Positions 47,512-57,015 of a stretch of DNA of 64,000 nucleotides are shown piece after piece. The number at the start of each line of letters is the position of its first letter. Positions within the stretch are counted from its first letter, which is position 1. Position numbers and translations under genes: made by a program. The notes under the pieces were generated by a model. It was given only the letters and a program-made list of their open reading frames with translations. It did no database searches and had not been told where the DNA came from. Source of the DNA: a virus; the IMG/VR virus record IMGVR_UViG_3300019927_000008, positions 2,888 to 66,887 of that record. The stretch is one strand, 5' to 3'.

Positions 47512-48487
47512 TTACTGCCCTGTTAGCTCTTCCATCTCCTCGATACCATGGACGAGGATGGTCGGAGCCGTTGGTGTTCTCTGACCGAGGTCCACCGAAT
47601 CATTACCACAGTCGGGACATCCGAACGTCACTTCTTTCCCTTCTTCATCGACCCGATCTTCTCGGTTGAGGTAGAGTGCGAACGGCTCTTCGAAGTCACA
47701 CTCCGGACAGGTGATGAACGCTTTCACCATCTCGGCCTTCGTCTTGAGGTCATCAACTGTTGTCATGGTTTTTCCGAAGTGATCCGTAGCTCGTCCGACG
47801 TAGCCTCAACCTCTACCCACTCATCTTCGTCGTCAGGCTCCAACTGAATTGCGTCGAACGTCGCCCGAAGTCGAAGACCACCGACGAGGACTTGACTCTG
47901 ATCGCACTCGAAGTGGGTCAAATCTCCATCGTAAGTCCCGATGACAACTACTGTCGTAGTGTCTTCTTTCGGAGCGATTTCTACGTAGTCGAATGTCATT
48001 ACTCCACTAACCGTACCGTCGATTGTTTCAACCATGTAGTGTTTTCTCCTTTAGCACGAATTGCCATTTGTCTTGCTGTACCACGTTTTCATCCCACTCT
48101 ACTTGGTGGGAAACGTAGGGATGATAGTCTTCAAGGTAGTCGAGAACGGCTTCTTTTGCCGCCTCTTTCGTTTCTCCGATCTTCGTACAGAAGACAGCCT
48201 TCGACTCATCTACCGGCATCGCCATCGCCAGATAGACATTACTCATGGACCATCCTCTGTTCAGCATCGTAGGTTCCGACGAACGCTCCGAGTCCAACCG
48301 TGAACAGGAACCCACCGACGTTCGTGAAGAACGGTTTCCATGGGTTCGGCTCGAAGCTCGTTGACTCTTGGCAGGTCCCTCCTGCGAAGTTACAGTCCAT
48401 CTCTGTCGAAGTAGTGCCAGCACTCATCAGGAGGCCGACACCGATCAATACCAGACCGACGATTGCGATTTTAGTTCCAAGTTTCAT
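47512..48487 (-). other. Cluster of small accessory ORFs (Zn-ribbon, membrane, hypothetical)
   Basis: Overlapping start/stop chain, e.g. 47512-47766, 47763-48035, 48239-48487. Confidence 0.55.
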
Positions 48488-48491
48488 TTGC

Positions 48492-50306
48492 CTACTGTCT
48501 CCACGGAGCCGCCTTCGGGAAGTCCCAATGGGTCGGAGCTTCGTCGGTGATCGCCTCGACGAAGTAGTCCGGAGGGTTCGTCCGGCTCATCACCGTGTCG
48601 AACTTCTTGTCGATCACGTAGAAGCTCGCGGCTTCTTCAGGCTCCGGACCCCGAACCGCCCGTCCGACAGCTTGGATGATGTTCGTCGCCGCCTTCTCCA
48701 TGTACCATTGCCACTCGTTCTGCTCGTTGAGCAGATAGGAGACACGACTGTCCCCCATGTAAGCGTAGGGGACTTTGACGAGGACTTGCCACCGACACCG
48801 ATCTTCGTAGAGGTCTGTCCCCTGCATCATGGTCGGAGAGATCAGGATGTCTTTGTCGCTGTTCTGCCAGCGGTCGATGATGGCGTCCTGATCGAAGTCT
48901 TCTTCGTGAACGATGCAGTTCTCTTCACCGAGGGATTCTCCTATCTTCTCCGCTCGGCTGTAGGACACCGAATGGATCAGACCCTTCTCTCCCTTGTGAT
49001 GGGAGTGAATCTCACGGATCATGTCCATCGCTTCGGGCCAGTTCTTCTCTTCATCATCGCCGGACATCTCACCGACCATCGTGTTGAGGTGAATCCGACG
49101 ATGATCCACCGGGAAGGGCGTGGGTTTCGAGATGAACTTTGTACGCCCCGGAAGGCCGAGCCGTCGCGCCCACTTCTTGACGTTACCCCGGAAGGGGATC
49201 GTCGCTGAAGTGATGAGCCGACGCCGACCACGGGACCACACGAAGTCAGCGAGGAAGTCGTCAACCCGAACCGGCTTGACTTCGATTCCCTTCGTTGTTT
49301 CTCTGGACCCCGGAATCCGCACTTCGTTGATGTTGACGACCCAACCACGCCCCGCTTCGTAGGTCTTGAGACAGTAGTCGAGCTTCCGGAGGATGTCTTC
49401 ACACTCTTCGACTTGGCTCTGCTTTTCCTCGATGTCTTCGTACTGATCGACGAAGTTCGAAGCTCGCCCTCTGATCTCCATGAGAAGGTCTTCGACGTGT
49501 TCGAGGCGATCAGCGTTCCAGTCTGCGCGATCACCAGCATCACCGTAGACTTCTTCGGGAAGCGACCACGGCGAGAGAGTGAAGCCAGCGAAGAGGCTCG
49601 ATGCCTGTCCTTCGGAGTTGTGACCCTCGTCTACCGTGACGAGATCACGCCGGTCGAAGGAAATCTGCTCGCCACTCTCGATCCGAACCGGAACGTAGTT
49701 GTCTACGATCAGCATTGCGAAGGTGAGAACACCGATCCCATCCTCCATCGCTTCGGCTTTTGCTCTCCAGTAATTACACCCGGCCTTCTCGCGGCAAGAC
49801 TCGTCGGGAGAAGAACGAACAGGACAGTCAGCACAGTTCGTCCCACCTTCTTCGCAGTAGTAGTCTCGCCGCGACTTCAACATCGAGACGTAATCCTGAA
49901 GGTCGTCGTCTTCAGCGAGTTGGTTACGGAGTTGCTTCTGCGGTGTCGTGTAGAACGACTTCCCTGATTGAAGCCCGTCGATGCTGACGCCGAAGTGATC
50001 CCGAAGCTCGTCCTGTCGCTGGTTCAGCGCCGTGATGACACGGCCAACAGCGACGTTGAACGGCGACTTCCCGATCCCGGTCGGCCCCTCGATGATTACG
50101 TTGTCGTAAGAGTCGAGGAAGAAGGCATCGAGTGTTTCGTACAGGATTTCATCCTGATAGTCTCGAAAGCCGGGGAACGGGAACAGTTCATCACCGATGT
50201 CGTGAAGGTACGACTTGAAGCCCTCCCGCGTTTCGGGGTAGTCCGAGTATTTGGTTTCGAGCGATACCACAGGGTCCGTATCGAGCATCATTGAGAATGG
50301 ATTCAT
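48492..50306 (-). CDS. DinG/XPD-family SF2 helicase with Fe-S cluster
   Basis: GPTGIGKS, four-Cys cluster, VDEGH, TSAT, QGTDL and QAVGRAVR motifs. Confidence 0.9.
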   Translation of the reverse strand: MNPFSMMLDTDPVVSLETKYSDYPETREGFKSYLHDIGDELFPFPGFRDYQDEILYETLDAFFLDSYDNVIIEGPTGIGKSPFNVAVGRVITALNQRQDELRDHFGVSIDGLQSGKSFYTTPQKQLRNQLAEDDDLQDYVSMLKSRRDYYCEEGGTNCADCPVRSSPDESCREKAGCNYWRAKAEAMEDGIGVLTFAMLIVDNYVPVRIESGEQISFDRRDLVTVDEGHNSEGQASSLFAGFTLSPWSLPEEVYGDAGDRADWNADRLEHVEDLLMEIRGRASNFVDQYEDIEEKQSQVEECEDILRKLDYCLKTYEAGRGWVVNINEVRIPGSRETTKGIEVKPVRVDDFLADFVWSRGRRRLITSATIPFRGNVKKWARRLGLPGRTKFISKPTPFPVDHRRIHLNTMVGEMSGDDEEKNWPEAMDMIREIHSHHKGEKGLIHSVSYSRAEKIGESLGEENCIVHEEDFDQDAIIDRWQNSDKDILISPTMMQGTDLYEDRCRWQVLVKVPYAYMGDSRVSYLLNEQNEWQWYMEKAATNIIQAVGRAVRGPEPEEAASFYVIDKKFDTVMSRTNPPDYFVEAITDEAPTHWDFPKAAPWRQ

Positions 50307-52501
50307 TAGTCGTCAGCCGCCTTGAAGTCAGCATCGAGCGTTTTGTAGTGCGTCTTCTCTACTTCGATCTTCTCGGCTCGCTCTCGAAGCTCCGCTTTCA
50401 CAGCGTTCGAAGAGACACCCGCTCCGGTCGAGAGCTTCTGAAGTAGCCGTTCCGCCTCTCGATCATCGAGGGTGATCGTTTCTTCTCTCTTCGTCTGAAC
50501 GTCTTTGTCTGTTTCTTCGCTGTTCTCGTGCGTCTCCCAACCGACTGTGATTTGACTCATGTTATTTTTGAGGTGCGATCAGAATTATTCCAAGGATCGC
50601 CGCCGACAGCGACCCGACCATCGCTCCGAAGGATATTGCTGTGAAGACACCCCCACCATAGCCTGTCACATCGAGGAGGGCCATGGTTATGACTGCGGTT
50701 AGGGCTGTCCAACACGACGCTAAGATCATTTCGTGGTCTGTCATGGAGTGAATCGAAGTACCCACTTTTTCCAAGAGATCACTACTTCGCCGCTGTCGGG
50801 ATCGGGGTCAACACTAACAAGCTCCGATTCTTCGTCACCGGAGACGAATCTTTCTTCGACTTCGATCACGGCCTTCTCGATGTAGTCGTCGAGTTGATCC
50901 CACTCACCTCCTATCTCGGGAAGGTCGTGTTCCGTTCCGGAGAGATCGGTCAGAGTGTCGTACTCGAAGCGGTACGTCTTCGTCTCTTCGCACTCCCACC
51001 CTTCACCGTAGCGCCCTTCGACGTAGCGACATTGGAGGTGGAAGATCGCCGCTCCATCCTCGATGATGGGGTCGGCTCGGTGGTCATCCATCTCCCACTC
51101 GTGTTCGTGGTGATGGGGTTCGATGATGCCTCCCCGGATGAGGTCGCGTCGGGAAGTACCGGGTGGGTAGCCCCCCATCTACAACCCTCCGTTAAGGCTA
51201 CTGTTCTGACACTCGGTACAGACATCGCCTATGTTCAGAACGGCGTTGCTACACCCTATTTTACGACACTTGATTACACTCATTACAGGATTTCCTTCCC
51301 ACAGTCTTCGCACCGCGCTTTCTGCACCGGAGGCTCGTCCGGGTGGCGTTGCACTTTACCACTCTCGATGTTCACCGATCCACAGTACGGGCAATCACCG
51401 AGGCCATTGATTTCCAGAAGTGCCCCCGTTGAGTTGATCTGGATTCGGTCATCATCGAGAATCCATTTCAGGGCTTTCGCTTCACCAACAGCACGTTTCC
51501 CTCCACGTTCTTCTGGAATGTATTCACCGTCCAGTTCAGCCAGCTTGTCTCGAACTTCTTTTTCTGATTTCATGACTTATGTCTCCGAAGTTGCGTCTTA
51601 CCGAACGAAGTCCCGAAGGTTCGACAGCCCGGCCTTCCCGAGGCCATCAACATCCAGAAGCTCACCATCATCCGCTTGCTGAATGTCCAGAGTGGTACTG
51701 TAGCCGTCATCGTGGAGATTATCAGCCGTCTTCTCCCCGATGTAATCGACTTCGGACCAGTCCATCTCATCGAGGTCCATCATGTCGATGCCGGAGTCGG
51801 GTTTGTGTTCGAAGTGCCCCGCTTCGATCTCGTTGTTGAAGGACACTCTTCGCTCCATCCGGTGTGTGTTGTCCTTGTTCCGACCCGGAGTGTCACTCCG
51901 TAGCAGAACGATCTCTTCGTCGATGTAGAGAATCTGAACGTGTTCGTTGTGTCGCGTTTCGTAGACCTGTCCAGCTTCGGGTTCGACTTGAGTGATCTCT
52001 TTCATCATGTATCGTGGTATGCCGCGATCCAGTCTTCGTAGCCTCGCTCTTCTGCCTCGTCGTTCAGTAGACTGACGAGGAACGTTCGGTGGTGATCCTT
52101 CAGCGGCCACGGATCACTAACCATCATCAATTCGAGGAGTGTACGAAACTCCCAATAGCTCAGATCAGGGTTCGCATCTCTCGGGGTTTTCATGAATCAG
52201 GCTCGTTGAGGTCCACGTCCTCCCACTCGTCTTGAAGTTCTTGCTTCGTGATGCTGTTCTCGACTACATCAGCTAACTCTCGGATGTAGTTCGCCAACGG
52301 CGTCGGGTCTTCCTCGAAGCCATCTTCTTCCTCGATGGCGTCAGCAAGTTCCCGAGCTTGGTCAGCTTCGTAAGCCGCTTCTTCACCACCTGCGGTGATG
52401 ATAACCGTGAATCCACTCTCGGTCGTTGTCGCTTTGATTTGGCCCGTCTCTTGGTTCAGAATACTTTTCGTCACGTACTGCTGTCGTTCTGTTTCTTTCA
52501 T
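50306..52501 (-). other. Cluster of small accessory ORFs, including an HhH-motif protein (51598 region)
   Basis: Coupled ORFs; VDYIGEKTA and VDGLGKAGL helix-hairpin-helix repeats. Confidence 0.6.
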
Positions 52502-52535
52502 GTAGCGTGGTTTTCGGTTCCCATTATAAGGACTT

Positions 52536-52598
52536 GGGCATCGTCAGGGCAACAGCGTCCATCTCGTTGCCAACACCGGGAAGCCCGGTGTTTCGCCC
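52536..52598 (-). ncRNA. Type II hammerhead ribozyme HHR1
   Basis: GGGC-GAAA-C[ACCGG/CCGGU]GUU^[GGCAAC/GUUGCC]-CUGACGA-U-GCCC; loop I GGAC can pair with tail GUCC. Confidence 0.9.
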
Positions 52599-52738
52599 GT
52601 CAGAAGTCTCGCGCCGTTCGCTCTTCGAGGTGATCCGGACAGAGTTTGTCTCCATCGTAGTCATGGAGATTGTCTGTCGCGGTGCAATGCTCACAGGTTT
52701 CCTCACTTTCATTCCCCCAAGGGGTTATTCCGGGGATT

Positions 52739-53068
52739 CTATCCATCATCTTGAACCACATCGGTTGCCGCTCGTTCAGCGGCGTCAGCAGGCTGTTCAG
52801 CGAGGGCCGCGTGTTCTTCCACCACGTCGATGAAGGTGTTGATGATCGTCTCCGAAGTCGCTCGCTTAGAGACGCTTGTGCCTTGCTTGGCGTGCGTCTC
52901 TTTGACGAGTCGGTCGAAGGCGAGGGAATCATTCTCACGAAGCTCCTGTGCTTCGTCAGCGAACGAAGCGCAGGCCGCCGCCGCTCGGAACGCCGCCGTG
53001 TTCCGAACCAGATCAGCCAGTTCGTCGTTGCTCATACTGCCGAGAGCTTGTGGGTTGTCGTCAGCCAT
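52739..53068 (-). CDS. Hypothetical protein
   Basis: First gene after the promoter and mini-tRNA; strong codon bias. Confidence 0.6.
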   Translation of the reverse strand: MADDNPQALGSMSNDELADLVRNTAAFRAAAACASFADEAQELRENDSLAFDRLVKETHAKQGTSVSKRATSETIINTFIDVVEEHAALAEQPADAAERAATDVVQDDG

Positions 53069-53080
53069 TGTAACCTCAAG

Positions 53081-53118
53081 GGGTAGCGGGGAGTCGAACC
53101 CCGCGCCGCCACTTACCC
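53081..53118 (-). ncRNA. Mini-tRNA (acceptor plus T arm) at transcript start
   Basis: GGGUA-AGUGGCGGC-GCGGGG-UUCGACU-CCCCGC-UACCC directly after the promoter at 53119-53149. Confidence 0.75.
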
Positions 53119-53139
53119 TAAGACTCTACTGCTTTAGAG

Positions 53140-53829
53140 TTAAGACTTACGGTCCCACAACACCTCCGGAAGAACTTCTCGATAGAAGGCTGTATGCCGA
53201 GCGTGTTCCTCTCGCTGGTAGTCGTAGATGGCCCATTGGATCAGGAATGGAGGCATCCCGAGAGGGTTCGGAATCTCACCGATTATCTCTTCGCAGGTTT
53301 CGAAGTAGTCTTTCGAAGAGGTGAAGTTGAGAGCGTTTCCGGTTGACTCTTCAAGACCTGCGAAGTTAGCGACGTTCGAATCAACGCAGATGTATTCATA
53401 GAGTCCGGACATCGCCAGCATGAACGAAGCCTTCCGATAAGAAACTCCTTTCAGCTCATCGACGACGACTTCGAGAAGTTCTTCGAAGCGACCTTCCCGA
53501 GCATGGCATCGAACTGCCTCTGCCAGTAAGTCCCACTCCGTGTTTTCGAAGCCGTTCGTGATCCACTCTGTCTTTTGGTTCCCGTAGACAGTCCCGGCGG
53601 CGGCCTTCCCGAGGTCGCTCCCCGAAGCCCACTCTGTAAAGGAACGCTCGTGACGTTCCAGTCCGGTTTGGATAGAGAAGACAGCGAAGACATAGCCGTT
53701 CCGTAGTATCTCTTCGGCCTTCTCTACGGTTCCGGAAAGGAGAAGTGTTCGGGTCTTTTCTGCGCGAGTCAACGACTGAACGTAATCTGGATGGTGGTCA
53801 CTCATCCAGCCTTCGAGTGTTTCATACAT
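53140..53829 (-). CDS. OGG-like HhH DNA glycosylase/AP lyase
   Basis: LKGVSYRKASF...ICVDSNV parallels the archaeal Ogg GxGxKEASHF...IIDRHI motif, with catalytic Lys and Asp. Confidence 0.55.
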   Translation of the reverse strand: MYETLEGWMSDHHPDYVQSLTRAEKTRTLLLSGTVEKAEEILRNGYVFAVFSIQTGLERHERSFTEWASGSDLGKAAAGTVYGNQKTEWITNGFENTEWDLLAEAVRCHAREGRFEELLEVVVDELKGVSYRKASFMLAMSGLYEYICVDSNVANFAGLEESTGNALNFTSSKDYFETCEEIIGEIPNPLGMPPFLIQWAIYDYQREEHARHTAFYREVLPEVLWDRKS

Positions 53830-53845
53830 AAGGGATGGTTGTGCC

Positions 53846-54331
53846 CTACGGGAGAACCGAACGAGTCCCGTCGAGCTTCTTCTGACTGCCGCAACGCCGG
53901 TCAGGTTCGTTCTGCTGAAGCCACTCATCGTACTCGGGATAGTGGTCAGCGAAGCGAGTCTGATACTGTTCGTTCAATGCTTCGATGGCGTCAAGTTCGG
54001 TTGGCGACCAAAGGCCAGAATTGAGAGCCGGTTCTCGGTGGTGGAGATGAGGCCACGCTGTAACGTAGACGAGATGCCCTTCTTCGTGGAAGCCGACTAT
54101 GAGGTAGTATGCCACACCAGCACCCCATACCTTCCGAAAGCAAGCACATCCATCACCGTTGTCTCGTAAGTCCCCCTTCGTAACTGCATCGTAGATCACC
54201 TTCCCGTTCAGGAACCGCTTCCGTTCCTTGAACCGCTGAAGGAAGTGCGGGAGCGGTGAGTAGCGAGAAGGGCGGCGGGGGTAATTCGATGGGTCGAACG
54301 CCCGGCTTCGGTCGAGGGGGAGGGTCTTCAT
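53846..54331 (-). CDS. Hypothetical protein
   Basis: Clean ORF in an operon chain. Confidence 0.5.
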   Translation of the reverse strand: MKTLPLDRSRAFDPSNYPRRPSRYSPLPHFLQRFKERKRFLNGKVIYDAVTKGDLRDNGDGCACFRKVWGAGVAYYLIVGFHEEGHLVYVTAWPHLHHREPALNSGLWSPTELDAIEALNEQYQTRFADHYPEYDEWLQQNEPDRRCGSQKKLDGTRSVLP

Positions 54332-54771
54332 GCTGGCCGAACGAAGGCGTCAGGATCGAGCATGGCACGTTCGATGATGAACTGTGCCGTCTCGTATCCC
54401 TTCCCTTCGGGAGCCTCAAACTCGGCAGAGTCGATCTCCCGAGTCGGTCCATCTTGGTAGTCGATCTCCGCCGCTTCCGGACTCTCCGTAAGTTCCGTGT
54501 TCGGAGAGTTTGACGGAGCGGAGTTTTGTACGAAGACGGAACTTCGTGTTTCGTAGAACAGCGAGAGGTGTGTAACGTCGCTCATTGGTCGTTCCTCCAC
54601 GTCATCGCTTCAGCGAAGCGGCCCATGATCGCGCCGAGGCTGGTCGTGTCGTACTGTTCTTGAATGTTCACGTCGCTGTAACTATAGCCGCCGGATGTAG
54701 ACTGCGTGTTTTTGTGTTCCATTAGGGATTTAGACTGCGTGTCACACTTTCCAACCCCCCTCAAGGGTTGA

Positions 54772-54838
54772 TGGCCTTCCTCTTCATGGGGAACGCGGCC
54801 AGTCGTTCCCGACGCCGGGAAGCCCGGCGTTTCGTCAT
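54772..54838 (-). ncRNA. Variant type II hammerhead ribozyme HHR2
   Basis: C-GAAA-C[GCCGG/CCGGC]GUC^[GGGAACG/CGUUCCC]-C(A)UGAAGA-G; loop UGGCC pairs with tail GGCCA; directly after the promoter at 54838-54868. Confidence 0.65.
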
Positions 54839-54870
54839 TAAGATCGAAGCCCGTCGCTCCGAGTCTTAGC

Positions 54871-56034
54871 CTACTGCGAGGTGGCTTCCTCCAGACGTTC
54901 TTCGGCGTCGTTGATCCGGCTCCGAGTTTCCTGCGGGATCGGTGCGCCGTTCGCCGCGTTCTGGATGTCCTGACGGCGGCGGAAGAAGGCCCGAAGGTCG
55001 TCGTAGACATCTCGGGGAGCGACCTGTGCCTGCCGAAGGCCACGCTCCTTGGCGACCTGTCGGACGGCGGCTTCCACCGAAGGAAGCTCGCTGTAGCTCC
55101 GGTACACCTCTTCGAGAAGGTCCGGGTCCACCTCGAAGACGCCTTCGAACTGCTCCTGATCGGTGAAGACCGGCTCCGTGATGTAGCTGAAGAACCGCAT
55201 CAGCATCGCCAGCTCGTTCACCGAGCAATGGCAGTACGGGTTGAAGAGAAGCCCGTCAGCGAAGTCCGGCTCGACGTTGAACGCCGACCGAATGTCGTGC
55301 TTGTCGTCGGAGTGGGAGTGCTGAAGGCCACACTCATCGACCGGACACTCGAAGGATCGAACCGAAGAAGAACCACCACCGATCATGGACTGAGCGTCCT
55401 GAAGAACGCCCATCACTTCGCCGTCCACGTCGGAGTCCATGTCGGACATGAACTGTTCGAGGGTGTTACTCATGCTCTCACTTCGACCCTCATCGAGCGT
55501 GCTGTGGTTCCCGAGGCTCCACATCCGAACTTCGTAGCTCTCTTCGTCGTCTTCAGTCGCGGTCTGTTCCTCGTCGTTGCCGTCGCCGTTCTGCATGAAG
55601 TCGTACATGGTGGTGTTGTCTTCGTCGTCGTCGGTTTCTGCACTTTCCGTCTCGTCGTCGCTGAAGAGGACGGGTTCGATCTCGGGGTCTTCGTCGGTTG
55701 CCTCACTTTCCGACTCGTCGCCTTCGAACAGTTCGGGGTTGATCTCTACGACTTCGTAGTCGTTGAAGAGGTCCCGAGAGTTTCTGACCGAGGCGAAGTA
55801 GTGAGCTTTCTCTTCGTCGTCGTAGACACTATCATTGTCTATCGCTTCTTGAACGTCACCAGTTTCCACGTTGACGATTGCGAACTTCGTTTCACTACTC
55901 CGTTCTTCTACGTGGTAGGAACCATCTCGGACGATGGATCGAGTCATCCGAGACGCCCTACCCTTTGCATCACCTTTGTCGTCGTAGGTTTGGTACTCTG
56001 TACCGTCTTCGCCAACTACTACGTATTCCGTCAT
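54871..56034 (-). CDS. Hypothetical acidic protein with C/H metal-binding cluster
   Basis: CPVDECGLQH and CHC motifs; follows a mini-tRNA leader. Confidence 0.6.
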   Translation of the reverse strand: MTEYVVVGEDGTEYQTYDDKGDAKGRASRMTRSIVRDGSYHVEERSSETKFAIVNVETGDVQEAIDNDSVYDDEEKAHYFASVRNSRDLFNDYEVVEINPELFEGDESESEATDEDPEIEPVLFSDDETESAETDDDEDNTTMYDFMQNGDGNDEEQTATEDDEESYEVRMWSLGNHSTLDEGRSESMSNTLEQFMSDMDSDVDGEVMGVLQDAQSMIGGGSSSVRSFECPVDECGLQHSHSDDKHDIRSAFNVEPDFADGLLFNPYCHCSVNELAMLMRFFSYITEPVFTDQEQFEGVFEVDPDLLEEVYRSYSELPSVEAAVRQVAKERGLRQAQVAPRDVYDDLRAFFRRRQDIQNAANGAPIPQETRSRINDAEERLEEATSQ

Positions 56035-56080
56035 GGGTTGTGTCCCGTCTATTTCTGCCGCGCCTCGGGGTGGCGCAAAG

Positions 56081-56119
56081 CCCGTCCCCGGAGTCGAACC
56101 GGGGGAAGACCATCACGGG
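56081..56119 (-). ncRNA. Mini-tRNA (acceptor plus T arm) at transcript start
   Basis: CCCGU-GAUGGUCUUC-CCCCGG-UUCGACU-CCGGGG-ACGGG directly after the promoter at 56121-56151. Confidence 0.75.
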
Positions 56120-56148
56120 TTAAGACTCGGGTTGCAGGGAGTTAAGTC

Positions 56149-56820
56149 TTATCTTCTATCCGGAGTGTTTTCGATGGCCCACAACGCCTTCGCCACGAAT
56201 TGAAGCTCCGAGATGGTAAGTCGATACTCACCAACCTCCCGTTTGACGTGATCTTCGGGAGACTCGATTTCTACGTCGTAGGCTTCGACCTTCGAACCAG
56301 CCCCGATGATCGAACCGTCACGGTTCTTGCTGATGACATCGGGATGGTAGAAGTCACCTTCGTAGGTCAACAGAACGTGACCGTTGATGAACCACCCACC
56401 TTCCCGCTCTTCGATCCGCTCCGACAGCGGCTCGACGAAGGCTTCGAGAGCTTCGACCCTCACCATGTCTTCCCGCACCTTCTCGAAGAGATTGATGATG
56501 GGTTGAACGCTCTTTCCATCCCCCTCTTCGTACATCTCTGCCATCGCCTCGATCAGGTCGGTCTTGTGATGAGCGCCGAGGGTCAGATCAGTATTTCCAA
56601 CCCGAAGGGTGTAGGCCTCATCATTTGAAGGGATGATGGTTACTCTCGGCTCTTCTTCGGCTCCTTGAGACTGCCAGACTTCGTTTCCTGCATCGAGAAG
56701 CCCGGCAAGGCCATGACCGTAGATCAGCTTGTTGTAGTCCGAAGACTTCGTTCTGGTTACTGTGCTTCCATCATCCGTCATAACGAGGTAGTTAGTCCCG
56801 TTATCGTCTAAGACTTGCAT
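56149..56820 (-). CDS. Hypothetical protein
   Basis: Clean ORF downstream of the GHKL ATPase. Confidence 0.55.
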   Translation of the reverse strand: MQVLDDNGTNYLVMTDDGSTVTRTKSSDYNKLIYGHGLAGLLDAGNEVWQSQGAEEEPRVTIIPSNDEAYTLRVGNTDLTLGAHHKTDLIEAMAEMYEEGDGKSVQPIINLFEKVREDMVRVEALEAFVEPLSERIEEREGGWFINGHVLLTYEGDFYHPDVISKNRDGSIIGAGSKVEAYDVEIESPEDHVKREVGEYRLTISELQFVAKALWAIENTPDRR

Positions 56821-57015
56821 TGTTACGTTTGCTGTTTCGTTTGTGGGGGATTCTCATTTTGTCCGGTTTGGTCGTACAATTCCATTGCATCGAAGCACTC
56901 GTTGCATGAGAAGCAACGGAATGTGTATCCAGACTTATCTCGGTTCACTTGCCCTTCGCACTTCGGGCAAACCCAACGCCACGGTTCATTAGGATCGGGT
57001 TTTCCCCGATCTGCA

